Part shown: one piece after another, positions 7,551 through 15,764 of the stretch | How positions within the stretch are numbered: position 1 is the stretch's first letter | Layout: each line of letters begins with the position of its first letter | Source: an uncultured Ruminococcus sp. | Lineage (GTDB): Bacteria > Bacillota > Clostridia > Oscillospirales > CAG-382 | NCBI GenBank assembly: GCA_964630005.1 | Contig: CAZVSW010000001.1 | Span: 1-41,027, forward strand | Reading direction: 5' to 3' | Length of the DNA stretch: 41,027 bases | Translations under genes and position numbers: made by a program | The notes under the pieces: generated by a model | What the model was told of the DNA's origin: nothing | Database searches by the model: none | Seen by the model: the letters and a program-made list of their open reading frames with translations, nothing else

Positions 7551-9791
7551 TTATCTGAACTTTCTTACTGCGAATACGCCGCCTGCGGTAACGAGAGCGA
7601 GAAGTGCGATAGCAGCAACGCCGAAGTCACCGGTAGGAGGAGAGGTCTGGGATTCTTCGGAAGAATCTTCAGAGGGTTCGCTGGAGGGTTCGGAAGAGGG
7701 CTCTTCAGAAGGATCTTCAGAGGGCTCTTCAGTCTTGTCAGCAGTGAGTTCAGCAACTGCGCCGAGAGCGTCAACGCGTTCAGCGTCGATGTTGGTAACA
7801 GCTACGTCGTCAGCGACAACATAAGCGGTGTAGCCATCGGAAACAGCTTCGCTTACGGTGAATTTAACGGTGATGACGATATCGTCGCCGCTCTTGACAG
7901 CGTTAGCGTCCTGAGCGTTAACGAAGGAGAAGTCGATCTTGCCGTTAGCAGCGGTGGAAAGGGATTCCCAAGCGGGATCTGTAACGAAGGGAGCTTTGGT
8001 GAGGTTATCGAGGAGATCGCCGGAAAGAACGGGAGCGAGGACAGAAGCGTCATAGCTGAGGGTGAAGTCAAGACCGAGGATAGCGGACTTGAGATCCTTG
8101 AGAGTGATGGTAGCTACAACAGTGTTGCCTGCTTTGAGTTCGCCGTCGAGGTCAATAACGATCTTAGCAGCGGGGTCAGCAACATCCTTGACGGAGGGCT
8201 TACCGGGCTGAACAGCAGAACCGGCTTCGATGGTGGTAACCTTAGCATAAGAGCCGGTACCGTCAACACGTTCGGTGTCGTCGTCAGTGCCTGCAACAGC
8301 GTCAACTACGAAGTAGGTATCAACTGCCTTGACGTCCTTGTTTGCAACGAAGGGAACGGTGATGGTGAGCTCGTTTGCGTTGGTGATGCGGTTTTCGAAT
8401 TCTGCGGTAACGTAGGAAAGTTCATACTTGCCTGCGCTAACGGTGGAAAGGCTTTCCCACTCGCCGCTTTCGGAATTCTTAGCCTTGAGGAGACCGAGAA
8501 GGTCGGAAGTATTGGTAGCGGTGAAGAGGTTCTTATCATAGGTAAGAGTTGCTTCAACGCCGTAGAGAGCGGTTTCAAGATCCTTGATGGTGATAACAGC
8601 GTTGAATGCTTCGCCGGCCTTTACGCTTGCGGGAACGCTGACGGAAAGGGTGAATGCGCTGTTAGCGGGAGTTGCGATGGAGGGAGCGCTGGGATCAACA
8701 ACAGGTGCTTCGGAAGATTCTTCGGAAGGATCTTCGGAGGGTTCTTCAGCTGCTGCTACAGCGCCGTAAGCTTCGCATTCGGAAACGAAGAGGAAGGTTG
8801 CGCCTTCTTTTTTAGCTGTGTACGCATATTTAACGTAACGGCCGGAAGCGGTTGCTTCGATTTCAGCCCAAGCGCCTTCGCCGGTGAGGTCGTCAGCGTC
8901 GACGCCGACAGATGTCCAGCTGGAATTGTCGTCGGAAACGAAGATTTCAACCTGGCTTACTTCCTGAATACCGGAAGCTGCGGTGCCCCAGATGTGAGTT
9001 CTGAAAGAGGTGAAGTTCATTACTGCGCCGAAGTCGAGAACGATTTCGCCGAGTTTTCCGTCGTAGTTTACATCGTTTGCATAGTCAGGGTTAACTGTGT
9101 AATAGAAGCCTGCCCAGTCGCACTGATCGTAAACGCCGTAGGTTGCGATGATGCCGTCGTTTACAATGCCGTTATACTTGTTACCAGAAGCGGGAACATA
9201 TGCGGGAGCGGAGAGAACAGTTGCGTCAAGAGCGAGGTTCTTGACTTCGGTGGAAGGAGCTTCAGAGGGCTCTTCGGATGCAGCGGGAGCTTCGTCGGTG
9301 ATGGTGAAGCTTGCGCCTATGAGGTCTACGACTTTGTGGTTGTCGACAAGGGCGTCAATGTCAACGTTGTTGAGAACAACATACTGACCAACCTTAGCAT
9401 CCCTGTACGCAGAGGAGTAAGAAGCGTCTGCGTGGCAAAGGAGCGCGTAGCCGCCTTCGGGGATCTCGACGTCTGTCTTGACGCCGTCGGGTCTGCCGAG
9501 GGTGGTATAGGTATTGGTGATTTTGCCGGTGTTGTCGCAAACTACAGCATAGAAATAGTTGTAGTCTTTTCCGTCGCCGCTGCGAAGGATATTGCTGATT
9601 TCGCCGATGGTTTTGCCGTCATCAATGCGTGCGAAAAGGGCACTGATGCTTACATCGTATCCCCCGAAGGTGTCGATCTGAATATCATCGGCTGCGCTTG
9701 CGGAGAAAACAAGGCAGGTTGCAAATACGCTTACGGTTAGCAAAGCCGAAAGCAGAATGCAAAGCGCCTTTTTGGTGATGCATGTCTTCAT
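7551..9791 (-). CDS. Secreted, cell-wall-anchored modular surface protein: unknown N-terminal module, discoidin (F5/8 type C)-like module, two cohesin-like modules, SPPTG sorting signal
   Basis: This is ORF 7551..9836 trimmed to ATG 9791.
- Signal peptide: MKTCITKKALCILLSALLTVSVFATCLVFSASA/ADD.
- Discoidin-like module, ORF-track aa 198-358: NLALDAT...VEIFVSDDNSSWTSVG...GRYVKY...SECEAYG.
- Two paralogous modules, aa 389-535 and 550-698. They share KAG..x.ITxKDL...G...TLxYD...WESLST..GK...ITVxF...ERVD.
- Acidic P/S/E linkers of the EEPSEDPSEE type.
- C-terminus: SPPTGD, then the hydrophobic stretch FGVAAIALLALVTAGGVF, then AVRKFR. Confidence 0.85.
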   Translation of the reverse strand: MKTCITKKALCILLSALLTVSVFATCLVFSASAADDIQIDTFGGYDVSISALFARIDDGKTIGEISNILRSGDGKDYNYFYAVVCDNTGKITNTYTTLGRPDGVKTDVEIPEGGYALLCHADASYSSAYRDAKVGQYVVLNNVDIDALVDNHKVVDLIGASFTITDEAPAASEEPSEAPSTEVKNLALDATVLSAPAYVPASGNKYNGIVNDGIIATYGVYDQCDWAGFYYTVNPDYANDVNYDGKLGEIVLDFGAVMNFTSFRTHIWGTAASGIQEVSQVEIFVSDDNSSWTSVGVDADDLTGEGAWAEIEATASGRYVKYAYTAKKEGATFLFVSECEAYGAVAAAEEPSEDPSEESSEAPVVDPSAPSIATPANSAFTLSVSVPASVKAGEAFNAVITIKDLETALYGVEATLTYDKNLFTATNTSDLLGLLKAKNSESGEWESLSTVSAGKYELSYVTAEFENRITNANELTITVPFVANKDVKAVDTYFVVDAVAGTDDDTERVDGTGSYAKVTTIEAGSAVQPGKPSVKDVADPAAKIVIDLDGELKAGNTVVATITLKDLKSAILGLDFTLSYDASVLAPVLSGDLLDNLTKAPFVTDPAWESLSTAANGKIDFSFVNAQDANAVKSGDDIVITVKFTVSEAVSDGYTAYVVADDVAVTNIDAERVDALGAVAELTADKTEEPSEDPSEEPSSEPSSEPSEDSSEESQTSPPTGDFGVAAIALLALVTAGGVFAVRKFR
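7554..7643 (-). other. Sortase-type sorting signal (SPPTG, TM helix, basic tail)
   Basis: The reverse-strand codons TCT CCT CCT ACC GGT (7643-7629) encode SPPTG. They are followed by about 18 hydrophobic residues and then RKFR-stop. This fits the (S/P)PxTG variant described for clostridial class B sortase substrates. Confidence 0.6.
7743..8189 (-). repeat. Cohesin-like module 2 (paralogue of module 1)
   Basis: ORF-track aa 550-698 read KIVIDLDGELKAGNTVVATITLKDLKSAILGLDFTLSYDASVL...AWESLSTAANGKIDFSFV...IVITVKF...AERVD. They align by eye with module 1. Confidence 0.6.
8232..8672 (-). repeat. Cohesin-like module 1
   Basis: ORF-track aa 389-535 read FTLSVSVPASVKAGEAFNAVITIKDLETALYGVEATLTYDKNLF...EWESLSTVSAGKYELSYV...LTITVPF...TERVD. 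The pattern resembles the cohesin beta-sandwich signature (G..v.v.v......i.g..f.l.YD...l). Confidence 0.6.
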
Positions 9792-9847
9792 GATTAAAGA
9801 TACATCCTTTCTAAAAATTTTGTCTTGGTTAAGCAATTATTGACGAA

Positions 9848-9868
9848 GCAAAAACAGGTTGTTTTTGC
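9848..9868 (-). other. Hairpin in the 5' UTR of the surface-protein mRNA
   Basis: A 9-bp perfect stem GCAAAAACA/TGTTTTTGC closes a 3-nt loop with no U-tract after it. It lies between the predicted transcription start (about 9929) and ATG 9791. Confidence 0.5.
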
Positions 9869-9935
9869 AGTTGCAACTTAAATATCACAAAAACAAAAAG
9901 TCCGCAACATTTTTAACTGCATTCCAAGCATGACG

Positions 9936-9964
9936 ATTCTATCATATAATTTCCCTTTTGTCAA
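9936..9964 (-). promoter_or_regulatory. Near-consensus sigma-A promoter with extended -10 for the surface-protein gene
   Basis: The reverse strand reads TTGACA (9964-9959), a 17-nt spacer ending in TGA, then TAGAAT (9941-9936). Confidence 0.75.
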
Positions 9965-10014
9965 TAGCAAATGGCTTTTTTGTTGCCGCTTTTATTGATA
10001 TTTGAAGAAAAGTT

Positions 10015-10053
10015 GAAAAATAATGGCTGCGGAGGCTTAAAAAACGCCGCAGC
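10015..10053 (-). terminator. Intrinsic terminator after the RNHCP and membrane-protein bicistron
   Basis: An 8-bp stem GGCTGCGG/CCGCAGCC (10025-10032 / 10046-10053) closes a 13-nt loop. On the reverse strand it is followed by ATTATTTTTC. Confidence 0.6.
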
Positions 10054-10111
10054 CGGGAAAATTTTGGAAAAATTATGGTGTTTTGAAAACGGTCGGAATC
10101 CAAACCTGCTG

Positions 10112-11161
10112 TCACTTTTCTGTGATAACGAGCCTGCCGCCGGCTTCGAGCGACGACGCGGCAAAGGCGCGCAGCGCATAGTCGGCGATAATGTCGCCCG
10201 TTTCGTATGAAATAATGACAGGCGCGTTTAGCGCGCTCGGGAGCGACTCGACGGTAAGGAAGAGCTTTCCGGCGTCGCCGCCGCGAACCTTCAGCGATGC
10301 GGGGCAAAAGCCGTGCTCCGCAAGCGCGTCAACATAATTCTTGGCAAGGGCGGCGAACTTTTTGGTTTCGAGCGCGGTCGGTATCTCTATGTCAAAGCTC
10401 ATGCGGCTTATATCGTCATACTGAGACGAAAACGATATTATTCCGTCGGGGAAACCGCTGATTCCCCTTGAGATCACTGTGAATTTGCCGTTGGGGAATT
10501 CTTCGCGCAGTGCGAGCTGAAGCTTCAGCCGCGCGTCGGACATCAGCGATGTTTCGGCATAATCGCGGAAGGTATCGTTTATCGTCCTGCCGTTGCAATA
10601 AATCGATTTTTCAACAGAGCGGTCGTGGTCGCCGTATACGCGGCAGTAAAAGGTCCGGAGAGCGCGGTTATATGAGATTCCGCTGACGTGCACCGTGTCG
10701 TCGTAGGTTTCGCTCACATAGCTTTCGATCATGTCCGAAGCGGAAAACGACATGACCGGGTTGCCGAAGAGCACAAAATGCCCCACGCAGCTCGCCGCGA
10801 TGAGCACGGCGGCGGCAATGATATGAACCGTACGGCGTTTTTTTATCAGCTTGGCGGCAAGTCCGCCGGTTATCGCCATGACGGCGACGAACAGCGCGGA
10901 GGTGGCGGAATAGGTGAGACCGCCGACGAAAAACGACACCGTAAAATAGGTCATGATACCGAATATCCCGGCGGAGATCAGCCACTTGAGACCGGTAAAC
11001 CCGGCGAGCAGTCCGCATATAACGCCGAATGGTACGGAAGCCCATTTCCCGACCTGCGGCAGTGTCATATATGCGGCAAAAAATCCTGTGATACCAACGC
11101 ATATCAGATCGATATAATATTTTGTGCCCGATTTTACGGATGCGGCGGTTTTTGATTTCAT
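10112..11161 (-). CDS. Hypothetical multi-pass membrane protein with a soluble C-terminal domain of about 210 aa
   Basis: In the 349-aa ORF, the N-terminal 130 aa or so contain 4-5 hydrophobic helices (YYIDLICVGITGFFAAY..., VPFGVICGLLAGFTGL..., IFGIMTYFTVSFFVGGL..., ALFVAVMAITGGLAA..., HIIAAAVLIAASCVGHFVLF). The rest is hydrophilic. I recognise no family. AGAGG precedes the ATG. Confidence 0.7.
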   Translation of the reverse strand: MKSKTAASVKSGTKYYIDLICVGITGFFAAYMTLPQVGKWASVPFGVICGLLAGFTGLKWLISAGIFGIMTYFTVSFFVGGLTYSATSALFVAVMAITGGLAAKLIKKRRTVHIIAAAVLIAASCVGHFVLFGNPVMSFSASDMIESYVSETYDDTVHVSGISYNRALRTFYCRVYGDHDRSVEKSIYCNGRTINDTFRDYAETSLMSDARLKLQLALREEFPNGKFTVISRGISGFPDGIISFSSQYDDISRMSFDIEIPTALETKKFAALAKNYVDALAEHGFCPASLKVRGGDAGKLFLTVESLPSALNAPVIISYETGDIIADYALRAFAASSLEAGGRLVITEK

Positions 11162-11211
11162 ACAAATACCTCTAAAAATTATTCGTTGAATATTAATAAC
11201 AAAAAGCAGAA

Positions 11212-11532
11212 CTATTTCACGTTATAAGGGTTTGTGAGATAGATGAGCAGGTCTGTATCGTCGTCCGCCTGCGAGCGGTTGTTGCGGGTGAAGCCGCATA
11301 CGGTACAGCGGTGAGTGATGACAAAGCCCTTGCGCGCATCGGTGGTGACGGCGACCGGCTTCATCAGTCCGTGGCATTCAGACGCTCTGTCGCCCGGATT
11401 GTCGTCAACGTGAAGCGAGCACAGACAGAACGGACAGTGATTCCGCGAGGAATAGCCGAGCGGCGGTACTTCTCTGCCGCAACCTGCGCATATAAAACCG
11501 GAATCTTTTTTTGCAAAAAGTGTATCGCTCAT
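11212..11532 (-). CDS. RNHCP domain-containing zinc-ribbon protein
   Basis: The 106-aa ORF reads ...FICAGCGREVPPLGYSSRNHCPFCLCSLHVDD...ITHRCTVCGF. It contains the literal RNHCP motif and paired CxxC motifs. It is 50 nt upstream of the membrane-protein gene with no terminator between them. Confidence 0.75.
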   Translation of the reverse strand: MSDTLFAKKDSGFICAGCGREVPPLGYSSRNHCPFCLCSLHVDDNPGDRASECHGLMKPVAVTTDARKGFVITHRCTVCGFTRNNRSQADDDTDLLIYLTNPYNVK

Positions 11533-11621
11533 GTTTTGCCTCGTATGTATTGTGTCGTGATAAATTTGTTCCGAAGAGAAAAAAGTTTACAAACAAGCTA
11601 TGTACTTTTATCTTCTTCTAT

Positions 11622-11650
11622 ATTATAATACTTATTTGTGAATAATTCAA
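11622..11650 (-). promoter_or_regulatory. Candidate sigma-A promoter for the RNHCP and membrane-protein operon
   Basis: The reverse strand reads TTGAAT (11650-11645), a 17-nt spacer, then TATAAT (11627-11622). Its -10 box overlaps a forward-strand TATAAT (11624-11629) inside the palindromic sequence TATTATAATA. Confidence 0.5.
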
Positions 11651-11707
11651 GTGCGTCAACGCCGTGAAATGTTACAATTTATGGCTTTTATGAAAGGATA
11701 ACTGATT

Positions 11708-12742
11708 ATGAGTAATTGCAGCAACAAGGAATGCAGTAATCCGCGTCTCGGCAAGGTCGGCGGTCAGGCGGTAATGGAAGGGGTCATGATGAACTCCGAA
11801 CAGGGGCTTGCCATCGCTGTCCGCAATACCGACGGGGATATTGTAGTAAGGCAAAAAAAGCGTGTCTTCCTGCGTGAGAAGTGCAAACTTTTCCGCGCTC
11901 CCGTGATACGCGGTATCGTGAATTTTATCGATACTCTGATGATGAGCTTTTCGACGCTTACCGAATCCACCGAGATGCTCGGTATCGAGGTCGAGCCCGA
12001 ATCAAAGTTTGAAAAATGGCTTGATAAAAAGCTGGGCAAGTCTCTTATGGCGGCCGCTTCCATGATCGGAATGGTGCTGGGAGTCGGGCTTGCGCTTGTG
12101 CTGTTTATATGGCTGCCGGCGCTTCTTGTCGGCGCTATCGAAAGGGTACTGCCGCTTGGTTTTGCAAAAAGTCTTGTCGAAGGTCTTGTGAAGATACTGC
12201 TTTTTGTTACGTACCTTTCTCTTGTGTCGCTTATGAAGGATATAAAGCGCGTGTTCATGTATCACGGCGCCGAGCACAAGACGATCTTCTGCTATGAGGC
12301 GGGGCTTGAGCTCAATGTCGAAAACGTCAGAAAGCAAAAACGCTTTCATCCGAGATGCGGTACTTCGTTTATATTTGTCATCATGTTTTTGTCGATACTC
12401 ATCGGCTCTGTTATAACGTGGAACACTATGTGGCTTCGCGTAGTTCTGAAGATCGCCACGCTTCCGCTCGTTGTCGGGATAGGCTATGAATATATACGCT
12501 ATGCCGGCAGACACGAAAACACCCTGACCAAGATCATTTCCGCGCCGGGACTGTGGATCCAGCGCATTACGACAAGCGAGCCCGACGACAGCATGATCGA
12601 GGTGGCGATTGCAAGCGTAAAAGCCTCGCTTACCAAGGAATTCCCCGATTATGACGTTCCCACCGAGGAAAAGCTTGCCGCCGCAAAGGAAGCAAAGACG
12701 GAAAACACCGAAACGGAGCAGAAAAACAATGAAAGTATCTGA
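11708..12742 (+). CDS. DUF1385 domain-containing membrane protein (YqhQ-like)
   Basis: The 344-aa ORF has GGQAVMEGVMM near the N-terminus, the HGAEHK motif and internal TM helices. It sits immediately upstream of prmC, as is usual in Firmicutes. Confidence 0.8.
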   Translation: MSNCSNKECSNPRLGKVGGQAVMEGVMMNSEQGLAIAVRNTDGDIVVRQKKRVFLREKCKLFRAPVIRGIVNFIDTLMMSFSTLTESTEMLGIEVEPESKFEKWLDKKLGKSLMAAASMIGMVLGVGLALVLFIWLPALLVGAIERVLPLGFAKSLVEGLVKILLFVTYLSLVSLMKDIKRVFMYHGAEHKTIFCYEAGLELNVENVRKQKRFHPRCGTSFIFVIMFLSILIGSVITWNTMWLRVVLKIATLPLVVGIGYEYIRYAGRHENTLTKIISAPGLWIQRITTSEPDDSMIEVAIASVKASLTKEFPDYDVPTEEKLAAAKEAKTENTETEQKNNESI

Positions 12743-13577
12743 ATACAGACGCGATATACGCGAAACACTCAGTCGTCTTTTCGGCGAGGAGGCAGGTCCG
12801 CTTTGCGACGTGCTTCTGACGGCCTTCTTTGACGTAGACCATTCAAAGCTGCTGCTTATGGCGGATGAGAATGTCCCTGACGAAATAATGTATAAAATGA
12901 ACGACGCCATAGATCAGCTCGGATTCGGAATGCCGGTGCAGTATGTTATCGGCAACTGCTGGTTTTACGGCATAAAGATCCAGGTCGGCAAGGGCTGTTT
13001 CATACCGAGAAGCGACACGGAAAACCTTGTCAAGGCCGCTATCGGGGTCATTCCCGAAGGGGGCAGTTTTGCCGATATCTGCAGTGGAAGCGGCTGTATT
13101 TCGGCGGCCGTTGCGGCAAACAGACCCGATGTTACCGGCTGTGCGCTTGAATATTCTTATAAAGCGCTGCCGTATATCGAAAAAAATCTCGAGCCCTATT
13201 CAAACGTGATCGTGCGCCGTTTCGACGCGCTTGACGAAAGCGATTATGATGCGCTTGCAGAACAGTTTGAAAGAAAGTTTGACGCCATCCTCTGCAACCC
13301 TCCGTATATCAGGCGCGAGGATATGGATTCCTTACAGCAACAGGTGCTGTTTGAACCGCATACGGCGCTTGACGGCGGAGAGGACGGTCTTGATTATTAC
13401 CGCACGATAATTCCGCTCGCACCGATCATCCTTAAGGAAGACGGAGCGATCATCTTTGAAGTCGGCGCGGGCGAGGCCGAAGATGTCGGCAATATGCTCA
13501 AAGCGGCCGGCTATAAAGTTGCGTTTATTCGCGACGTTCAGGGAATAGAGCGCGTTGTTTTGGGAAAAAAATATTGA
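12729..13577 (+). CDS. prmC: Peptide chain release factor N5-glutamine methyltransferase
   Basis: This is ORF 12651..13577 trimmed to ATG 12729 (MKVSEYRRDI...). It has the LCNPPYI (NPPY) catalytic motif and DICSGSGCI as the SAM-binding motif. It overlaps the end of the DUF1385 gene by 14 nt. Confidence 0.88.
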   Translation: MKVSEYRRDIRETLSRLFGEEAGPLCDVLLTAFFDVDHSKLLLMADENVPDEIMYKMNDAIDQLGFGMPVQYVIGNCWFYGIKIQVGKGCFIPRSDTENLVKAAIGVIPEGGSFADICSGSGCISAAVAANRPDVTGCALEYSYKALPYIEKNLEPYSNVIVRRFDALDESDYDALAEQFERKFDAILCNPPYIRREDMDSLQQQVLFEPHTALDGGEDGLDYYRTIIPLAPIILKEDGAIIFEVGAGEAEDVGNMLKAAGYKVAFIRDVQGIERVVLGKKY

Positions 13578-13602
13578 CAAGCTGAAAAAAACGTACTATC
13601 AT
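13574..13602 (+). promoter_or_regulatory. Candidate sigma-A promoter upstream of the trmH-family gene
   Basis: TTGACA (13574-13579), a 17-nt spacer, then TATCAT (13597-13602). An alternative -10 box, TATAAT, lies a few nt downstream. Confidence 0.5.
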
Positions 13603-13667
13603 ATATAATACGGGCCGATTGTGACAGACCGTCGGCATGACAAAAACGTCTTTCTTGAGGGTAACGG

Positions 13668-14447
13668 ATGGAAAAGATCACATCGCGACAAAATGAAAAA
13701 ATACGTCAGACCGCTTTTTTAAAAAAGCGCAGTGAACGTCAGAACAGCCGCATGTTTTTCTTTGAGGGGTTTCACCTTGCGGAGGAATTCCTGCGTTTCG
13801 GTCATGAGCCCGAGTATGTCTTTGTCACTCCCGGCGCGGCGGGCGAAGCGCTGAAGCTTTTTGAAGAATGGTCGGATCGGGTTTATGAAGTGCCCGAAAG
13901 CGTTTATGAAAAAATAACCGACGAGCGCGCGCCGCAGGGCGTTTTATGCGTGTCGCGTTTTTTGCCCAATATAAAAAAAGCCGAACCCGTGAGCGGCAGT
14001 ATCGTGCTCGAATCGCTTCAGGATAACGGCAACGTCGGTACGGTAATACGTACCGCGGCGTCGCTTGGCATCTCCGGCGTTGCGCTGAGTGCCGACTGCG
14101 CCGACATATACTCGCCAAAGACCATACGCGCCACAATGGGCGCGCTGTTTTCCACCGATATCGCGATAGTCGATGATGTACCTCAGGCGGTCGGAACGCT
14201 CAGAAAAAACGGCAACAGAGTGTTTGCCGCGCTTTTGGACGAAGGTTCAAAAAAACTCGGCGAATTCGGCATAATGCCAAGCGACTGCTTTATAATAGGA
14301 AATGAAGGCAGGGGCGTCAGCCGTGAAACGGCTTTGTCGTGCGACGGCGGCGTGTTTATACCCATGAGCGGCAGGACCGAAAGCCTGAATGCATCTGCCG
14401 CCGCCGCCATACTCCTGTGGGAGATGAAAAAGAGCGGGAATGGATAA
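13668..14447 (+). CDS. TrmH/SpoU family RNA 2'-O-methyltransferase
   Basis: The 259-aa ORF has the SpoU-MTase motifs LQDNGNVGTVIRTA, FIIGNEGRGVS and ESLNASAAAAILLWE. Confidence 0.85.
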   Translation: MEKITSRQNEKIRQTAFLKKRSERQNSRMFFFEGFHLAEEFLRFGHEPEYVFVTPGAAGEALKLFEEWSDRVYEVPESVYEKITDERAPQGVLCVSRFLPNIKKAEPVSGSIVLESLQDNGNVGTVIRTAASLGISGVALSADCADIYSPKTIRATMGALFSTDIAIVDDVPQAVGTLRKNGNRVFAALLDEGSKKLGEFGIMPSDCFIIGNEGRGVSRETALSCDGGVFIPMSGRTESLNASAAAAILLWEMKKSGNG

Positions 14448-15654
14448 AAAGATATATTCTGTGTGGCTGTCGCGCACACTCGGAACAAAAAACAATGCGG
14501 CTTCGGCGCTGTTTGCAAGATTCGGCAGCGCTGAAAAAATATATGAGCACGAGGATTTTTCTGACGTTGACGACCTCAGTCCGGCGGCGCGCCGCTCGCT
14601 TTTAAACAGGGATCTTTCTGCGGCTGAGCGTATCTGCGCCGATTGCGAATCAAAGGGAATAGGAATCCTTTCTTACGATGACGAGCTGTTTCCGTCACGG
14701 CTGAAAACGATTTCAAATCCGCCCTGCGTGCTTTATTATAAAGGAAAGCCAAAACAGCTTGACTGCGAATGCGTTATAGGCATGGTCGGCACGCGCGCCA
14801 TGAGCGATTACGGCAGGGACATTACCTATGCTTTTGCGTCGTCGCTTGCAAAGAGCGGCGCGGTTATCGTAAGCGGTCTTGCCGCCGGCATTGACGCAAT
14901 GGCGCATAAGGGCGCGCTCGACGCAGGCGGATATACCGTTGCGGTGCTCGGAACGCCGATCGACAGGATATACCCTAAAGAAAACGCGGCTCTCTATGGC
15001 GAAATAGAAGAAAACGGTGTGATCTTCAGCGAATATTATCCGGGATGCGCGACCAATGCGTCCTGCTTCCCGGTCAGAAACAGAATTATCGCCGGGCTTT
15101 CGTCGGCGCTCGTGGTCTCTGAAGCGGGTGAACACAGCGGAGCGCTCATAACCGCGCATGACGCCGTCATGCAGGGCAAGCCCGTGTTTGCAATACCGGG
15201 AAGAGTGGACGGCGCAAGCGCGTCCGGAACAAACGATATGCTCCGCAAGGGAGCGAGAATGGCTTCAATACCGTATGACGTGCTTTCGGTATTTGAATTT
15301 GTCTATCCCGAAAAAATAAAAATAAGCCAAGACTCGTATACTCTCGGCGAATGTGAAGCGCCTCAGGCGCCTGTCCTGCCCGCTCCGGAAGACAATTCGC
15401 GTAAAAGCGGCAGCGGCGCGCCGAAATCTTCGCGCAGAAAGAAAAAAGAGCCGCTCGTGAGCAGCAAGCTTGAATTCCTGACGGCGGTCGAACGAAAGGT
15501 GCTTGATTGCATTGACCCGAAGAAAGGCTCAACGGCCAATACGATCGCCGCGATAACAGGTATGCCGATCGCGGATGTGCTGTCAACGCTTACCGTGCTT
15601 GAAATTTATGGAGAGGTAAGAGCGGAAGTCGGCGGTCTTTACTTAAAAACGTGA
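14440..15654 (+). CDS. dprA: DNA-processing protein DprA (Smf)
   Basis: The 404-aa ORF has a Rossmann-like core GMVGTRAMSDYG...IVSGLAAGIDAMAHKGALDAGG.TVAVLG...IYP. and a C-terminal winged-helix-like tail. It overlaps the trmH-family gene by 8 nt. Confidence 0.9.
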   Translation: MDKKIYSVWLSRTLGTKNNAASALFARFGSAEKIYEHEDFSDVDDLSPAARRSLLNRDLSAAERICADCESKGIGILSYDDELFPSRLKTISNPPCVLYYKGKPKQLDCECVIGMVGTRAMSDYGRDITYAFASSLAKSGAVIVSGLAAGIDAMAHKGALDAGGYTVAVLGTPIDRIYPKENAALYGEIEENGVIFSEYYPGCATNASCFPVRNRIIAGLSSALVVSEAGEHSGALITAHDAVMQGKPVFAIPGRVDGASASGTNDMLRKGARMASIPYDVLSVFEFVYPEKIKISQDSYTLGECEAPQAPVLPAPEDNSRKSGSGAPKSSRRKKKEPLVSSKLEFLTAVERKVLDCIDPKKGSTANTIAAITGMPIADVLSTLTVLEIYGEVRAEVGGLYLKT

Positions 15655-15712
15655 TTTTTCAATTTATATAAAAGACGCCGCAACGGTTTGTGTCTGGCGC
15701 GGCGCCGCCCTT

Positions 15713-15738
15713 GCCGAAGGAGCTGTTCTTCGGCTTTC
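15713..15738 (+). terminator. Intrinsic terminator after dprA
   Basis: Stem GCCGAAG (15713-15719) pairs with CTTCGGC (15728-15734) across an 8-nt loop, followed by TTTC. Confidence 0.6.
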
Positions 15739-15764
15739 AATAAAAATGTTTACGAGGAGTATTC

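Noticed and set aside
7644-9296. Repeated GAAGAGCCCTCTGAAGATCCTTC-type DNA segments (7644-7730, about 8673-8762, 9246-9296) that could be mistaken for a repeat array.
   Set aside because: They are in frame inside the surface-protein CDS and encode the acidic P/S/E interdomain linkers. They are not regularly spaced and have no unique spacers, so this is not CRISPR or a satellite.
9971-10210. A 79-aa forward-strand ORF in and next to the promoter and terminator region between the surface-protein gene and the membrane-protein gene.
   Set aside because: It overlaps the terminator hairpin and the 3' end of the reverse-strand membrane-protein CDS. It has no SD sequence and no recognisable features.
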